In this document: positions 50,797 to 64,000 of the stretch, piece after piece
How positions within the stretch are numbered: the first letter of the stretch is position 1
Layout of the letters: each line of letters opens with the position of its first letter
Translations under genes and position numbers: made by a program
The notes under the pieces: generated by a model
What the model was told of the DNA's origin: nothing
What the model saw: only the letters and a program-made list of their open reading frames with translations
Databases searched by the model: none
Assembly: GCA_977017645.1 (NCBI GenBank)
Contig: OZ360225.1
Span: 60,016,001-60,080,000, forward strand
DNA length: 64,000 bases
Direction: 5' to 3'
From: Torpedo marmorata
Taxonomy: Eukaryota

Positions 50797-50870
50797 ACTC
50801 ACTCTCTCTCTCTCTCTCTCTCACTCACTCACTCACTCTATATGTATCCCCCTCTCTCTCTTTCTCTCCC
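50752..50870 (+). repeat. Compound microsatellite (CT)n(CA)n(CTCA)n
   Basis: Directly visible. Similar simple repeats at about 11770-11812, 28300-28387, 41524-41545, 41625-41722 and 47750-47790. Confidence 0.9.
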
Positions 50871-52869
50871 GTTTCCTATTTTGTTGATGCAAATTCGAAC
50901 AAATGTGAGGGGTCTCTCTCCGCATCATTTCATCTGACCTCGTTTACGCGGAGAGTTATATGCTATGGACGTTATCCCCATTATCCTTGCTTTTAGATGC
51001 TCCAAAGTTATTGAAATAAATGCTATAAACATCGATTCGAAGTTACGTATTTCGATACCTCAGTAACAAAGTTACCTTATAGAGGACCAAATGCCTCCGA
51101 GGCTTCTTACGAGTTCGTTAACATTGTTAAGGGAAATAATCCCGCGGTCTTAAAACGACCGTTGCACACAAAATGTATGTGCAGATCATTATATTCCCCT
51201 GGTATGAATTCCAGTAACCACTTTTATTTCCAGGATGCATCGAATAACTGCATTCGCAACCCGGCACTTGATAGTCTTCATCCCAAGTCTTCATTATAGA
51301 TTTAGAATGTGATATTGAAGTGTATGAAGCCAATGATCAAAATATAGCTAAACGGCAAACTTCGAAAAATATATGTCCCTGTAAATATTCGTTGAAGGAA
51401 TTGTACGCTGGAATGCCCCTATACAAACCAACAACTGTTTAGGAACATTTTTGAATAGCTATTTTTAAGTACGCGTCCGTTTGAAAGGCGTTTTAAATCC
51501 ACTGTAAGCATTTCTGCAAACCCTTTCCCCTTTGTAATGTCCCATTTGACAGATTCGACTATCCTGGGGGTGGATGGGCGATGTGTATGAAACGAAGCAT
51601 TTTCATACCACGCTATCTCACTCATTGATTAGCGATAACGATTAATACAACGGAACGTGTACCAGTATACAGATTCGGAACATTCTCCAGCTAAATACGA
51701 GGAAATTCCTGGATTGTAATTGGCAATGAGCAGTTTTTTTCTAATGAATCACTATAAATGTGATCACTGTATGTGTATCTAGTTCTGTATCAACTTCTCA
51801 GATGCACTTCGTTTGATAGAAAGGAGTATGAGCAACTTCTCATCCATATAAAACAAATTCATTTTCATATTGGACGGGAAGAGACATTTTTAAATGTGTC
51901 TATGCACGTTGGCGTGTACTTTGCAAGTAAGAATGTTTCATACGTGTTTAAAGTGTAAGTACCACTCCATTCATTAAGCAAATACGTATGTACTCATCGT
52001 CAACCTGCCAGGTTAAAGTTATGGAGTATTCTGTACAGTGCCATCTGGACCTTTCAATGTTTATAGTTTTTGAACACAGATGCGCGTTTACATATAGGTA
52101 AGTTTGCAGCGCCAAGGTGCAACAGGAAGTGTCCAAAAACAAGAACCCAGTATCATCAAGCCTTCTATAGTAACATTCCGGGACCATTGATCTTGTTCCA
52201 AGTTGTACGTGGAGGTGAGGAGATAGGGGAGGGATGGTCAAACTGCGATTTCTCCATAGATAGACGGGATCTTCCGCTCCATTCTGCTGCACATCTGGCC
52301 CAATGAAAAACACTTACAGCTGTGGCCACTTGTAAACAAAATATGCGTGAGGTGTCTGAAGATAGCGATATTCATGAATCGGCAGAACCTCTCTTTTTCT
52401 GGGGGAAAGAAAAAAAAAGATAGGGTTTCTTTGGCGAGGACGCTGAGACTGACAGATAATAAAGGACGTGTCAATTTTATTTTGAGTTCTGTTATTTTCT
52501 AGGCCGTGAAGGCACGGCGAAGTGACAGCCACATCAAATGATGAAATATCTACCGGTATTTCCATTCGCTCGCGTTCTCAGACATACACAACACAGACCA
52601 ACTTCTGCTGACTACATGCGGAACACTTTCTTCTTAAGCACAGTGTGCCCTCTAGTGAGAAAGGCCCGGAAGCTGGTTAGAATCGCGCACAGCGAACGAT
52701 CAATGCGATCGCATCTCAAAGCAATAACTTCCATTCCTTTAGCACTTTTTTACGACTTCAGCTTGCCCATTTATAGCCAGCATTTTTGCACTGAACTCAT
52801 TGTTGCAATGCAGAAAGCACGCAAACTCTTGACAACAATGAAAAAAAAACCCACAATGCTATCAGAACT

Positions 52870-53252
52870 AAAACACGAAAGTCTGCAGACACCGTGATTG
52901 AAGTAAAACACAATGCTGGAGAATCTCAGCAGGTCAAACAGTGTACTTTATATAGCAAAGATAAAGATACATAACCGACGTTTCGGGCTTGAGCCCTTCA
53001 TCCTACAGATGGGGAGAAGTGAGAGAGAATCCCACAGAACCCCCTTCGGAGAGCAAAGGAGAACTTCAGGGTAGGAATCCCTCGAAGAGATTTCACAGTT
53101 TTGCAGTAGACAAAAGTAAACACGAAATTCAAAACAAAATATACAGCGGATAAGCACTGCTTGAGACCAGTCGGACGTTTCTCTTCTCGCATTAATGGAC
53201 AGCCGCGATTGACCGAGGTTAACCACACACGTTACTTTGACACGGCGGCAGT
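52870..53252 (-). mobile_element. Internally deleted Penelope-like element (5' region joined to the 3' pseudo-LTR)
   Basis: AGAACT is duplicated at 52864-52869 and 53253-53258. The 3' part matches the other PLE ends. The 5' part encodes GIPTLKFSFALRRGFCGILSHFSP, which resembles the N-terminus of chondrichthyan Penelope ORFs as recalled. Confidence 0.6.
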
Positions 53253-53639
53253 AGAACTGGTAACCAACTCAATATTCCTGCTGAACTCTGTCAGTATACT
53301 TGGACATGCCTGATTCTAACCCCGTGAAGGCTCAAGAAAAGGACCCAATATCGCCCTAGTTTGACCCCTTGTCTGGGAAACAGCCATGCAAAAAGGCAAG
53401 ACTGCACAGGTGTCGTTTGTACATAGTCTGCATGGATAAAATGGGAATATGACCGGTTTCCATCACAATCTCGCGAAGTCCAAACTGGGCGCAGCAGGTG
53501 AGCGTGGCCATAAAGTAAATACTCCAAAACATTGGAAAAGCGATGAAGCTGACAGATAAGATGTCCCATTGGAATGTGGGATAATGTCAGAGCGATAATG
53601 TGTGGAAACAACTGACAGTTAATTGGAAGAGGAACGAGG

Positions 53640-53875
53640 AGATATCCCTTATCTGGTTCCACTGTTTCCATCTCTCCTTTACCTGCTCTCGGCCTCGTTT
53701 TCTTTCATTTCCCACTCCTCTCCCGCAGTGGTCTGCTCCCCTCCCTTATCTCCCCACCTATCCCACCTTCTTCTGACCAGTACCCGATTCCCGCCTAACC
53801 GCTCCCCGTCTCCCCTTCCCAGTTTAGTCTCGATAAAGGGTTCCTATTCGAAACGTGGACTGTAGTCTCTTCCAG
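53640..53875 (+). mobile_element. Penelope-like 3' end, second subfamily (also about 62860-63235)
   Basis: Both copies share TATCTGGTTCCACTRTTTCCATCTCT, a pyrimidine-rich body and AGTC-TYGATAAAGGGTTCC..GAAAC..GACT. Confidence 0.6.
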
Positions 53876-54114
53876 GACGGGGCAAAGATGGCTGATGGAG
53901 AGGGTCGATTGAAAGTTGGTGAGGTGATATCGTGGTCCATGTGCTAATTACACTGGTTTCTGTGCACTTTACCTTTCTCAATTCCACCCTGAATGCTCCT
54001 TGAGTGGGCCAAAATTTTCCATGAGGCAGTGGAAGAACTGTTATTCTTCAAGAAAGCTTTGAGTACACCCTTGAATCTTTTCCTCAGTTTGCCAGGTAAT
54101 CTTTATTTAGGATA

Positions 54115-55160
54115 TTCAGAATGGCAGGCAGTGACTCGTGGGGTACCACAAGGATCGGTGCTGGGGCCGCAGCTGTTTACAATATACATTAATGATTTAA
54201 ATGAAGGGATTAAAAGTAACATTAGCAAATTTGCAGATGACACAAAGCTGGGTGGAAGTGTGAAATATGAGAAGGATGTTATGAGAATGCAGGGTGACTT
54301 AAACAGGTTGGGTGAGTGGGAAGATGCATGGCAGATGCAGTTTAATGTGGATAAATGTGAGGTTATCCACTTTGGTGGCAAGAACAGGGAGGCGGATTAC
54401 TATCTGAATGGTGTCAAGTTAGGAAAAGGGGAAGTACAACGAGATCTAGGTGTCCTTGTTCATCAGTCACTGAAAGTAAGCATGCAGGTACAGCAGGCAG
54501 TGAAGAAAGCTAATGACATGTTGGCCTTCATAACAAGGGGAGTTGAGTATAGGAGCAAAGAGGTCCTTCTGCAGTTGTACAGGGCCCTGGTGAGACTACA
54601 CCTGGAGTATTGTGTGCAGTTTTGGTCTCCAGGTTTGAGGAAGGACATTCTTGCTATTGAGGGAGTGCAGCGTAGGTTCACGAGGTTAATTCCTGGGATG
54701 GCGGGACTGTCATATGTTGAAAGAGTGGACCGACTGGGCTTGTATACACTGGAATTTAGAAGGATGAGAGGGGATCTGATTGAAACATATAAGATTATTA
54801 AGGGATTGGACACACTAGAGGCAGGAAACATGTTCCCAATGTTGGGGGAGTCGAGAACCAGAGGCCACAGTTTAAGAATAAGGGGTAGGCCATTTAGAAC
54901 AGAGTTGAGGAAAAGCTTTTACACCCAGAGAGTTGTGGATCTGTGGAATGCTCTGCCTCAGAAGGCAGTGGAGGCCAATTCTCTGGATGCTTTCAAGAAA
55001 GAGTTAGATAGAGCTCTTAAAAATAGTGGAGTCAAGGGATATGGGGAGAAGGCAGGAACGGGGTACTGATAGCGGATGATCAGCCATGATCATAGTGAAT
55101 GGCGGTGCTGGCTTGAAGAGCCCAATGGCCTACTCCTGCACCTATTGTCTATTGTATATT
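54115..55160 (+). mobile_element. Young 5'-truncated CR1 LINE with uninterrupted RT C-terminal frame
   Basis: GVPQGSVLGPQLF, KFADDTK, RLHLEYCVQFW, FYTQRVVDLWNALP; stop at 55069, then a 3' UTR and short (TATTGTC)n tail. The ORF-track start at 53993 is flanking DNA. Confidence 0.92.
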
Positions 55161-56594
55161 GATAAGGCAAGGGAAAGTGTGTACTGGGTAGTAATATTCC
55201 CTGGCCTCCTTTACGTACTGAAATCTGCAGGAGGTATCTCAAGGCACTGAAAGAAAAATACTGATGAAACAGGGAAGAGTGTTTAAGATGCAAAATATGC
55301 AGTAGGTCCACACATATGCAAATAGAATTAAAATGAAGAAATGCAAATTAGGAGTCAATTCGGTGCAATTAAGTTTATTGTTATATACATAAATTCAATG
55401 TAGATGCAATGAAAGTCTTACTTGCTTCCCAAATGCATCAAACACACAACACATAATGACACATAAGTATGGGGGAAATATAATAATATAAAAAGAAGAG
55501 GGGAAAATATTCATAGTTGGTCACAGTGAAAAGAATGGTGGTAGTGCAGGCAGATATTCCTGGTCTTGTACTAGTATTATGGTTATCTTCAAATAGTGTT
55601 ATGAACCAAACCTAAAAGCTCCCTGCCCTATTGACAAGGCACCTGGAGGTACAGAGCTGCCTTTCTGCCACTCACCACAGTTTGATTTAGAGTCCACCTA
55701 ATTGTGGCTTCAGATTTTGCTGGCAGGTTGTTGCTTCAAATTACATTTGGCCAGGGTTCTTACTAGTTTTGATTTAGTGTCTGCAATCCAAGATTTTCTG
55801 AATGGTTTGTTTAAATGCATGCCTATAATTTGGTACCAACAAATATGCACATTTCCTGTCCAATCCAGCCACACACCCACCCCCAACATTTTCATATTTT
55901 CTTTGAGGAAGTTTAATCATCACATCAGATATTGACTGAAAGTGGGTGTGTGCTGGCATGGGTGTAAGAGGATGATAGGTATCTAATGTCAGAGAAGCGA
56001 AATTTACAGAAACATAATTTATATGATCTGACCAATGACTGAGCAGATTATAAGGATATAATTTTCAGAAAATGCAGAGATAAAGTAACTTGAGTTTATT
56101 AAAACAGGTAACTCAATCACAAGGATCTGGTGATGTCAGAAACCCTGAGGCTACTGTTATACAGTAGCTACTGATGTCAGTAGTTACAGTATCAATTTTC
56201 AACCAGCAGCCTTTTATTTATAATGCCTGGCTATAAATCCAACTCTCACAGCCAAGGAGTTCTGTTTTCATGCAGTACATTTGCAATGTATTACATATGA
56301 GAAGCCAACCCTTTTCCCAAAGCATTTATATAAACTTTGTTTCGAATTGGCAAGGACCCAGGAGGTTCAATGAACTCCCTATGCACTTCTTAATCTCAGT
56401 TTGACCCAATGCTATGTCAATGAAACCTAGCCATAAAAATTAGAAGGCCTCGTCAGCTTTGATTTTCTTGCACCTTACATGATTACCGTTCAGACACAGG
56501 CAATCAAGGGATTCCCTTGCTTCCAAGAACAGTAAGCCATCATTAAGCTCAACACCCAGTGATAATGTTTTGTACGCAGACAGCAAACAAGGAT

Positions 56595-58080
56595 GTAAAA
56601 ACCTTTCATTTTTGTATCTTCAATATCTCACTCCAGCAGGGCATAGTACCCACCTGTTTCAAACAGGCGTCAATCATACCGGTGCCCAAGAAGAGTGTAG
56701 TAACCTGCCCTAATGTCTATCGACCAGTAGCACTTACATCAACAGTGATGACGTGTTTTGAAAGGCTGGTGATGAAGCATATCAGCTCCTGTCTGAGTGG
56801 TGACATTGATACATTCCAGTTCGCCTATCGTAGTAACAGGTCTACGGGTGGATGCCATCTCACTGGCTCTACACAAAGCCCTGGAACACTTGGACAGCAA
56901 AGATGCATACATCAGGATACTCTTTATCGACTACAGTTCGGCATTTAACACCATCATCTCCTCAAAACTGATCAGAAAACTCCAAGACCTGGGAGTTAAC
57001 ACCCCACTGTGTAATTGGATCATGGATTTCCTCATCTCCAGACCATAATCAGTGAAGATTGGTAAGAACTTCTTCTCCGCCACAATCTCCATCAGTACCA
57101 GAGCACCACAGGGCTGTGTTCTTAGCCCCCTACTCTACTCACTTTACACCTACAACTGTGTGGCTCGGTACGACAATAACACCATCTACAAATTTGCCGA
57201 CGATACCACGGGTTGTATAAAGGAAGGGGATGAATCAGCATACAGGATGGAGATTGAAAACTTGGCTGAATTGTGCACCAACAACAACCTTGCACTCAAT
57301 GTCACCAAAACTAAGGAGCTGATTGTTTACTTCAGGAAAGGAAAGCCAGAGGTATACAATCCAGTGATCATTGGGGGATCAGAGGTGGAGAGGGTGAGAA
57401 AATTTAAGTTATTGGGAGTCACTATCTCGGAGGATCTTTCCTGGACCCAACACACCAATGGCATCGTGAAGAAAGCGCCTCTACTTCCTCAGGAGATTGC
57501 GGAGGTTTGGTATGACATCAGAAACCCTGGCAAATTTCTACAGAAGTGTGGTGGAAAGTGTGCCGAACGGCTGCTTCACGGTCTGGTATGGAAACACCAA
57601 TACCCCTCAGCGTAAAGCCCTCCAAAATGTAGTGGGCACAGTCCAGGACATCACAGGCAAAACCCTCCCCACTATTGAGTACAGCAGCAATCATCAAAGA
57701 CCCTCACCACCTAGCACACACTCTGTTCTCGCTGCTGCTGTCAGGAAGAGGTATAGGTGCCACAAGACTCGCACCACCAGGTTCAGAAACAGCTGCTACC
57801 CCTCCACCATCAGACTCCTCAACGACAAAGTCAATCAGAGACTCATTTAAGGACTCTAACTTGTGCACTTTATTGATTTTATTTTTGTTCTCCTTGTCAG
57901 TTTGTTTACATTCGTTATCTGTTTACAGTTCTTTTGTTTGTTTACATGTTTACGCTCTGTACAGTTTATTTTTTGCACTACCAATTAGTGGTAATTCTGC
58001 CGTGCCCACAGGAAAAAGGAATCTCAGGGTTGTATGTGATGTCATGTATGTACTCTGACAATAAATCTGAAATCTGAAAT
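56595..58080 (+). mobile_element. 5'-truncated Rex1/Babar-type LINE with frameshifted RT
   Basis: [59 protein letters not shown]; AATAAA plus a (TCTGAAA)n tail. Confidence 0.9.
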
Positions 58081-58459
58081 TTAATAAAAAAAATGTATTG
58101 AATGTGAAATAAAGAATGAAAAATAAAAATGTGAAGAAATTGGAGGTTGAAATACCATGAAAATACATTTCATTGTTCAAAATGATAAAATTTTGAAATG
58201 CCGTTGAGGGCAAGACATCTCACGGATATTAAATTAGCTTTTCAGGGAGTAATTATGTTTTAGAATTCTCTGTTACACTGCATTCAGCCAAATTTCCCAA
58301 TGTTTATGCAGTGAAAATAGCAGATAAATAGTTGAAGCTGCATCAAGTCTATACCTCCCGCTGTCTCAGGAAAGCACCAACATCCAACATACTAAAGGAC
58401 CTAATCCACCCTAGTCGTGCTCACTTCTCCCCATTTTCCATCGGGCAGAAGATACATGA

Positions 58460-59345
58460 GCTTGAAAACACAAACCTCCAGATTCATGGAGAGTTCCTTT
58501 TCTACTATTTCCATATACTGACCACCTCTCTGTGTAAAAAAGGTGCACCTCAGATCACTTTGAAACCTTTCTCCTTTCACCTTAATTCTATGCACTCTAG
58601 TTTTAGACTCCCCTACCATGCGAAAATAATCCATGACAATTTACCTTATCCATGCTCCTCATGAGTTTATACACCTCTCTAAAGTCCCCCCTCAGCCTCC
58701 TAAACTCCTGGAAGAAATATCCCAGTCTTTCCATCCTCTCCTTATAATTCAAACCTGCCGGTCCGGAAACATGCTTGTGAAATTTTTCTGCACCCTTTCC
58801 AGCTTAATAATATTTTTCCTATCACTGGGAAATATGGAACTCTGCACAATACTCCAGATGTGCTCTCACTAACGTCTTGTACAGTTGTAACCACTGTTCC
58901 ATCTAAGCTGTGTGCGTGTGCGCACGCACACACGTTTTGCAACCAGCGCACAAAGGAAATGAATGTGCACACAAAAGGTTAGTTACCTAGTTCAAAGTAT
59001 AGAATAAAATCTTAACTAAATACGTTACTTCGTAGAATGCAATCATACTTGTATTATATTAAAACATGCCAATACAGTTTTATTAGCCATGAGAGATAGG
59101 CTGTGCCAAAATTATCATGAAACAATTTCAAGTTTACATTTGCACAAGCATTCAGTGAGCACATACTTTTGTCATAGGAAAAATATTTGCACAATATAAG
59201 ATTTTTGCGCACACTGACTACTAAAAATTAGAGGGAACATTGGTTGTAACATGACGTTCCTGCTTCGGTGCTCAATCCTCTGACCCGTGAAGGCCTGCAT
59301 GCCAAATGCCTTTGCCATCCTATTTACCATTGTAGCCACTTTCAT
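58460..59345 (-). mobile_element. CR1 fragment hosting a hAT MITE
   Basis: Minus ORF ESKTRVHRIKVKGERFQSDLRCTFFTQR. The CR1 sequence resumes after the MITE. Confidence 0.7.
58892..59242. mobile_element. hAT-type MITE (351 bp)
   Basis: 15-bp TIRs CACTGTTCCATCTAA and TTAGAGGGAACATTG (2 mismatches). 8-bp TSD GTTGTAAC at 58884-58891 and 59243-59250. Confidence 0.88.
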
Positions 59346-60958
59346 GGAAATATGCTCCTATACCCCTGTCTAAACAAATATGTAATAAACATAAAGGCAG
59401 TGACATTCAAGACAACAAAAGTGATTATTTTATCAACATTACTCTGGCAAACGTATGCCAACTGCTGGATTTCCAATGCAGAAATCCCAAAGTTTCTGAA
59501 AGCATTTTCAATCACAATGAAGGACAAATGGTTGAACCAACGTGAATTTCAGTTATTTATGAAATGCCCCATTATGACCTCACCTGAAAATCTTGCACTT
59601 TGTTACCTGAGAGTTTAATTGTGTGTAAAACCATAATTTATTCTTAGGAAGCTCGTGGTTTGAAGTTACTCATTTTATGGATGTGGATTGTAATTCTTTC
59701 ACCTAAAAATATGATTGTATTTATCTTCTCCCTAATTTTATAATTAAGTTCCAACCTTTATTCAGCACTCTGAATAACATTTAAATTACATTTAATAATG
59801 TTCTCTGTACACCTTGTTTGTTGAATGTGATTGGCTGTTTGCCAATCTTTGTGACATTATAGCTGATGGACACAAGAGAAGTAACTTGAGAGCATAAAGC
59901 ACTGGGAAAGTAGAAGATCATTACTAGATTTCTTTAAAGTCAGTGTTGAGTTATTTCCTTGCTGACTGCAAATTCTGAACCTAAATCTTCCCAGTAATTT
60001 AGCGCCTGTTCTGTTGGAAGTCATACAGCCTAGAAACAGGCTCTTCAATGCACACTAACCATCAAACACCCACCAACACTAATCACACACATATACTAAT
60101 TTTATTTTCCCCTGATTTCCATTGACTTCCCCCAGATTCTACACTCACCCACACACTTGGGCAAATTTAGAATGACAAATTAATTTGGGGTGGAGGAGAA
60201 AACCAGAGCACCTGAAAGAAATCTACATGGTCATAGCTATCACCACACGGACAGCACTGGAGTTTAGAATTGAATCCAGGTCACTGGAATTGTGAGGCAT
60301 CGGATCTCTCAGAGGACTATCCACAACTGCCACAGATAATTTCAATTGAGAGAAAAAAAAATTAAATGTAATGAAGACAACATTAATCCACAATAGAAGT
60401 GATATAAAATGCTATACAATTTATTGCTGTGTCTTCATTGAGGGATTTAAGATCACCCATTGTTCTTAATTTATCCATTTGAGAAAACAAGGTATGCTAA
60501 GCATTTTGGGCATTAAGGCTGAGCTTCTTTCATTTGGTATTACGAGTTTACCAAGTGTCAGTCAATTATAAAATTCTTTTGAATCCTCTGCTTTTATGCA
60601 GGGCAAAAGATCAAAATGGTCAGAAAAGAGTGAATAAAACATGTTTTTAATGTGCTCATTTCAATTCCCATTGCACTGTGTAACTGTGCATCTGGCAGGC
60701 CAGATTAATGAAACTGAAAACTGGGTTAGTTTACTATAAGATCTGACCTTTGTAAATTCAATATCTCTGATGCAACCCAAAACAATTACTGGGAAATTTC
60801 CATTCTTTGAGTTACACCTCCAACTTCTTGAGTAAGTTTATAACTTGCCTTTCTAATTATCTTTTTCTGAAGCTTCAGCATTTTTATTTTTTGTGACTGC
60901 ACCTCTGTGAAGCAATTTACGATGTTATTGCAAATAAATAATCAGCAATTAAGTTAAT

Positions 60959-61538
60959 AATTTTTTCCAACTTTATCATATTGGTGTTGTTTTAATTTTC
61001 TTTTGCATTGAAGAGATGTCATTGGTACACACAGACAGTGAATGCTCTCTCACCAATGGTATCTTTAATTTCTTTCAGTCCAATGTCTATGGATGCTTTA
61101 TCGGTCGCGAGTTGCGTTTTTACGGCCTGTAGCTCTGACCTAATTTCAGATAGTTTCTCTCCAATGCATGTCCGTATCTCCGTTTTAATAGTCTCTGTGA
61201 CGTCTTTACGAAGTGACTTCTAGCTTTAACACATCAATGTCGATTACTGGTTCTTCCTGGTCGGGTGATGAACTGCCCGGTGAGACGGGATCAGGTAAGG
61301 TCAAGGCTTCTGTCTGTGGGGTAGGACTCTGGGACAGCTGCATGGTGTTGCAAATTTTTACTTGTTTGTTGGGCATCTCAGCTCTTCAAAATCAACACCC
61401 ATAACTACAATGCGCTGTTAAACATAAACAAACGGTAGTACGTTACCTAGAGTGCAGTTTAATTATACTTTATAAATAGAGTTCGCGGGAGCTCTGAAAC
61501 TTGTGTCCGACTCCATTAACCGCTCATTAGCGCCCCCC
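60959..61538 (-). mobile_element. L1 5' end only (5' UTR plus N-terminal ORF1), 3'-truncated, with TSD
   Basis: Starts GGGGGGCGC, with ATG at 61376. The frameshifted ORF1 coiled coil SLRKDVTETIKTEIRTCIGEKLSEIRSELQAVKTQLA resembles fish L1 ORF1p. AAGTTAAT is duplicated at 60951-60958 and 61539-61546. Confidence 0.8.
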
Positions 61539-64000
61539 AAGTTAATCAATTTTGGGAAGTCAAAATATCAACCCACAACCAACCAAATATTTTCCTGAGG
61601 TGCAGATACTGTGGTAATGTAACCAAGTGTAGTCACCAATTTGCAAGCAAAATAAAATTGTTAAATGAACTGATAAGCTATTTGTCAGATGAATTTGGAT
61701 GAAAAATAAATTCTGGACTGGAAAACATTCCTGGTCTAATCTTCAGTTAAAGCTGTGGGATTTTCCACACACATATACACACCTGAGAATATATAAAGTC
61801 CTCAAACACACCATTTCCAACATTGTAGTATTCATTGATCAGCCCCACTTGAATTTTCAGGTGTCTGAAGAGGGGTTTGAAGCCACAGACTTATAACTTA
61901 GGGATGCCACTGAGCAACCACTCTTGCTTCTGAATCAGACTGTTACAAGTATAAGAACTACTCCAGAGACGAGCACTAACATGCATATACACTGTTGGAG
62001 CTGTCAACTTTCAAAGTGAATGCAAAACCAAGGCCCTTTATGCTCCCTCATGCAGATTCCTTGTCATGATTTCAAAGAAGGAAAGTAGAACTCACCACAG
62101 TATCCTGGATCAGTATTTATCCCTCATTCAATATCACTCAAACAGAAAACGTGGACATTAACACCAAGCTGTTTGTGGGAGCTTCCTCGGCACAAATTGA
62201 GCACCATATGGAGTAGCACAGTGACCAAGCTGTTAACGCTGTTTCCCCTCAGCTCCAGCAGCCTGGGTTGGATCCTGACCAGTCTGTGTGCAGTTTGGGA
62301 ACCCTACATGTGGCTATGTAGATTGCTTTCAGATAGTCCGGTTTCCTCCTGCATTTGAAAGGTGTGCTGGATAGTAGGTTAGTTTGCGACTGTAAAAATT
62401 GTGCCCGGTGTCAGTCAGTTTCAGGAGGATCAGGAAGTGGATGGAGATTGATGAAAATGTCAGAGGAGAAACGGGACGAGTGTAACAATGTGTTTGATGG
62501 TCAGCATGGATGAAATGGGCCAAAGGGCCTGTTTCTGCAGCTGTAAAGTGCTTTGGGTCATTCTGACCAAATGTGAATGATGCCATAGAAGTGCAAGTCT
62601 TTCAACATTAAAGGGCTACCTGTACAAATGCAGGTTGTTATAGTATGTATAAAATTGTCTATACGCACAGTTGGTTCTTTTCAATTCTTAAGGAGGAAGC
62701 AGAAAGGATTAGATAGCTCAGTGAGGTTTTGCGAGCTCACTTAACCTTTAGAAACTGGCACTCACTCCATTTCAGGCAGGTTCAATAAAAGCCTCCTCCT
62801 TCTGCAAGTTATTAGGACCTTAATACATAAAATGATTCATTGTTTTTTCTAGGTTATGTACTCCCCCCCCCTCCCCCCACCCCCCTCTATCTGGTTCCAC
62901 TATTTCCATCTCTTCATACACTGTTACCTGACTTTACCCTCCCCACCCCCCCCCCCCAGTGGTCTCTCCCTCTTACCTGTCTCTGCACCTCTCCCACTTT
63001 CGATGCAATAACTATTACCTCAGCCCCTCCAGCTTCTTTTCTCCCTCCCCCTCCTCCCCCACCTTATCTACTGGATTTCATTCCTTCCTATGCTAGTCTT
63101 GATAAAGGGTTCCGACCTGAAACTTTGACTGACCATTTCTCTCCATGGATGCTGCCTGACCCACTGAATCATTCCAGCTTCTCATTGTTTTTTTTTCTAT
63201 ATTCCAGCATTGACAATTTGTGTTTCTCTCTTCTTCAGTCAATCCATTTCTGAATTGGTGTCTGCCACAACTTGGCATTTTTAAGAAAGCGGAGTTTATC
63301 AAGTACCCACAGGATCTAATTTGAAATAACTCTGGATCTACACTTCACGTCAAGGTGAGGATACTTCTCTGGAGATAATTATCTGCTCAATTTTCAGCTC
63401 AGGCCCTGATTTATGACCTGCCAATTCAGTGTACTGGGAACTAAAGCCAATTTGCATGAATATGAAACTTGCTGGGCTCATGTGCTTTGAAATGCAGCGT
63501 GCCAACTAGCAACAGAAATTGGTATTTCACACTGATATGGTTCGAAGCAGTCCTAACCTGTCATAAAATCTTGAAGGAGCACTCTCCTTACATTGGCTAA
63601 AGCAATATTGTGAAGCCCAGTTTCAAGGAGCAAGCAATGCCCCATTTCTGTGGCATTTCGGTGGAATTTGTCTACACTGCAAAACCTGGCCTGGATCAGA
63701 GCACTGAAAATATTCCATTCCTCAACTTGGTAAGTTCAACTAAAGTTCACTTGAAAAACTGTGGTAAAGTCAGTGAAAGAAACAGATCAGATCTTTTTAA
63801 AAATCAGGTTCAGAAATCTTTACTGGGTGATTCAATGCAGAGATTTTGCTGTTTCAAAAAGTGCATCACAAACAAATCCACAAAGGCTAATTTACCTGAA
63901 AATTCAGCCTCAGGAGTGTTTTCATCACCTTTCTAATGAATGACACACTGCTCCTAATGCAGATATTTGCATTTCTAAAGTCCTACTTAATAATTTCTGC

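Noticed and set aside
53993-55069. 358-aa RT ORF as a possible domesticated gene
   Set aside because: It is a standard 5'-truncated young CR1 with its 3' UTR and tail. The first ~40 codons are flanking DNA that happens to be in frame.

Overview
This is vertebrate genomic DNA, most likely from a cartilaginous fish (shark/ray lineage). That assignment is inferred from the repeat content: V-SINE/HE1-like and Deu-domain SINEs, CR1, Rex1/Babar and Penelope-like ends. The centre holds a complete TFAP2A (AP-2 alpha) gene on the minus strand. It has six shared coding exons (40833 down to 30524) and three recognisable alternative first exons (MSILGKMSDWQ, MRMLWKLADNIKYEECE, MLVHSFSTM). There is also a candidate fourth first exon, and intron 3 is GC-AG. 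The gene sits in a CpG-richer, almost transposon-free block of about 27 kb (about 25.9-52.8 kb). The flanks are transposon-dense. They include a class III (ERV-L/ERV-S-like) endogenous retrovirus in a tandem arrangement at 1-2435, with a tRNA-Ser primer site and an unusual pre-gag ORF. They also include a full-length DD35D pogo/Passer transposon with two nested insertions, two L1 fragments that lack their 3' ends but have target-site duplications, a solo LTR, hAT and Tigger MITEs, and many Penelope-like ends carrying hammerhead-ribozyme-like motifs. The most novel-looking signal is an 18-codon module conserved at protein level in two places in the ERV: once behind a transmembrane helix in the pre-gag ORF, and once at the end of a 3' ORF. 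All calls are by eye. Family names rest on recalled motifs, not database searches.
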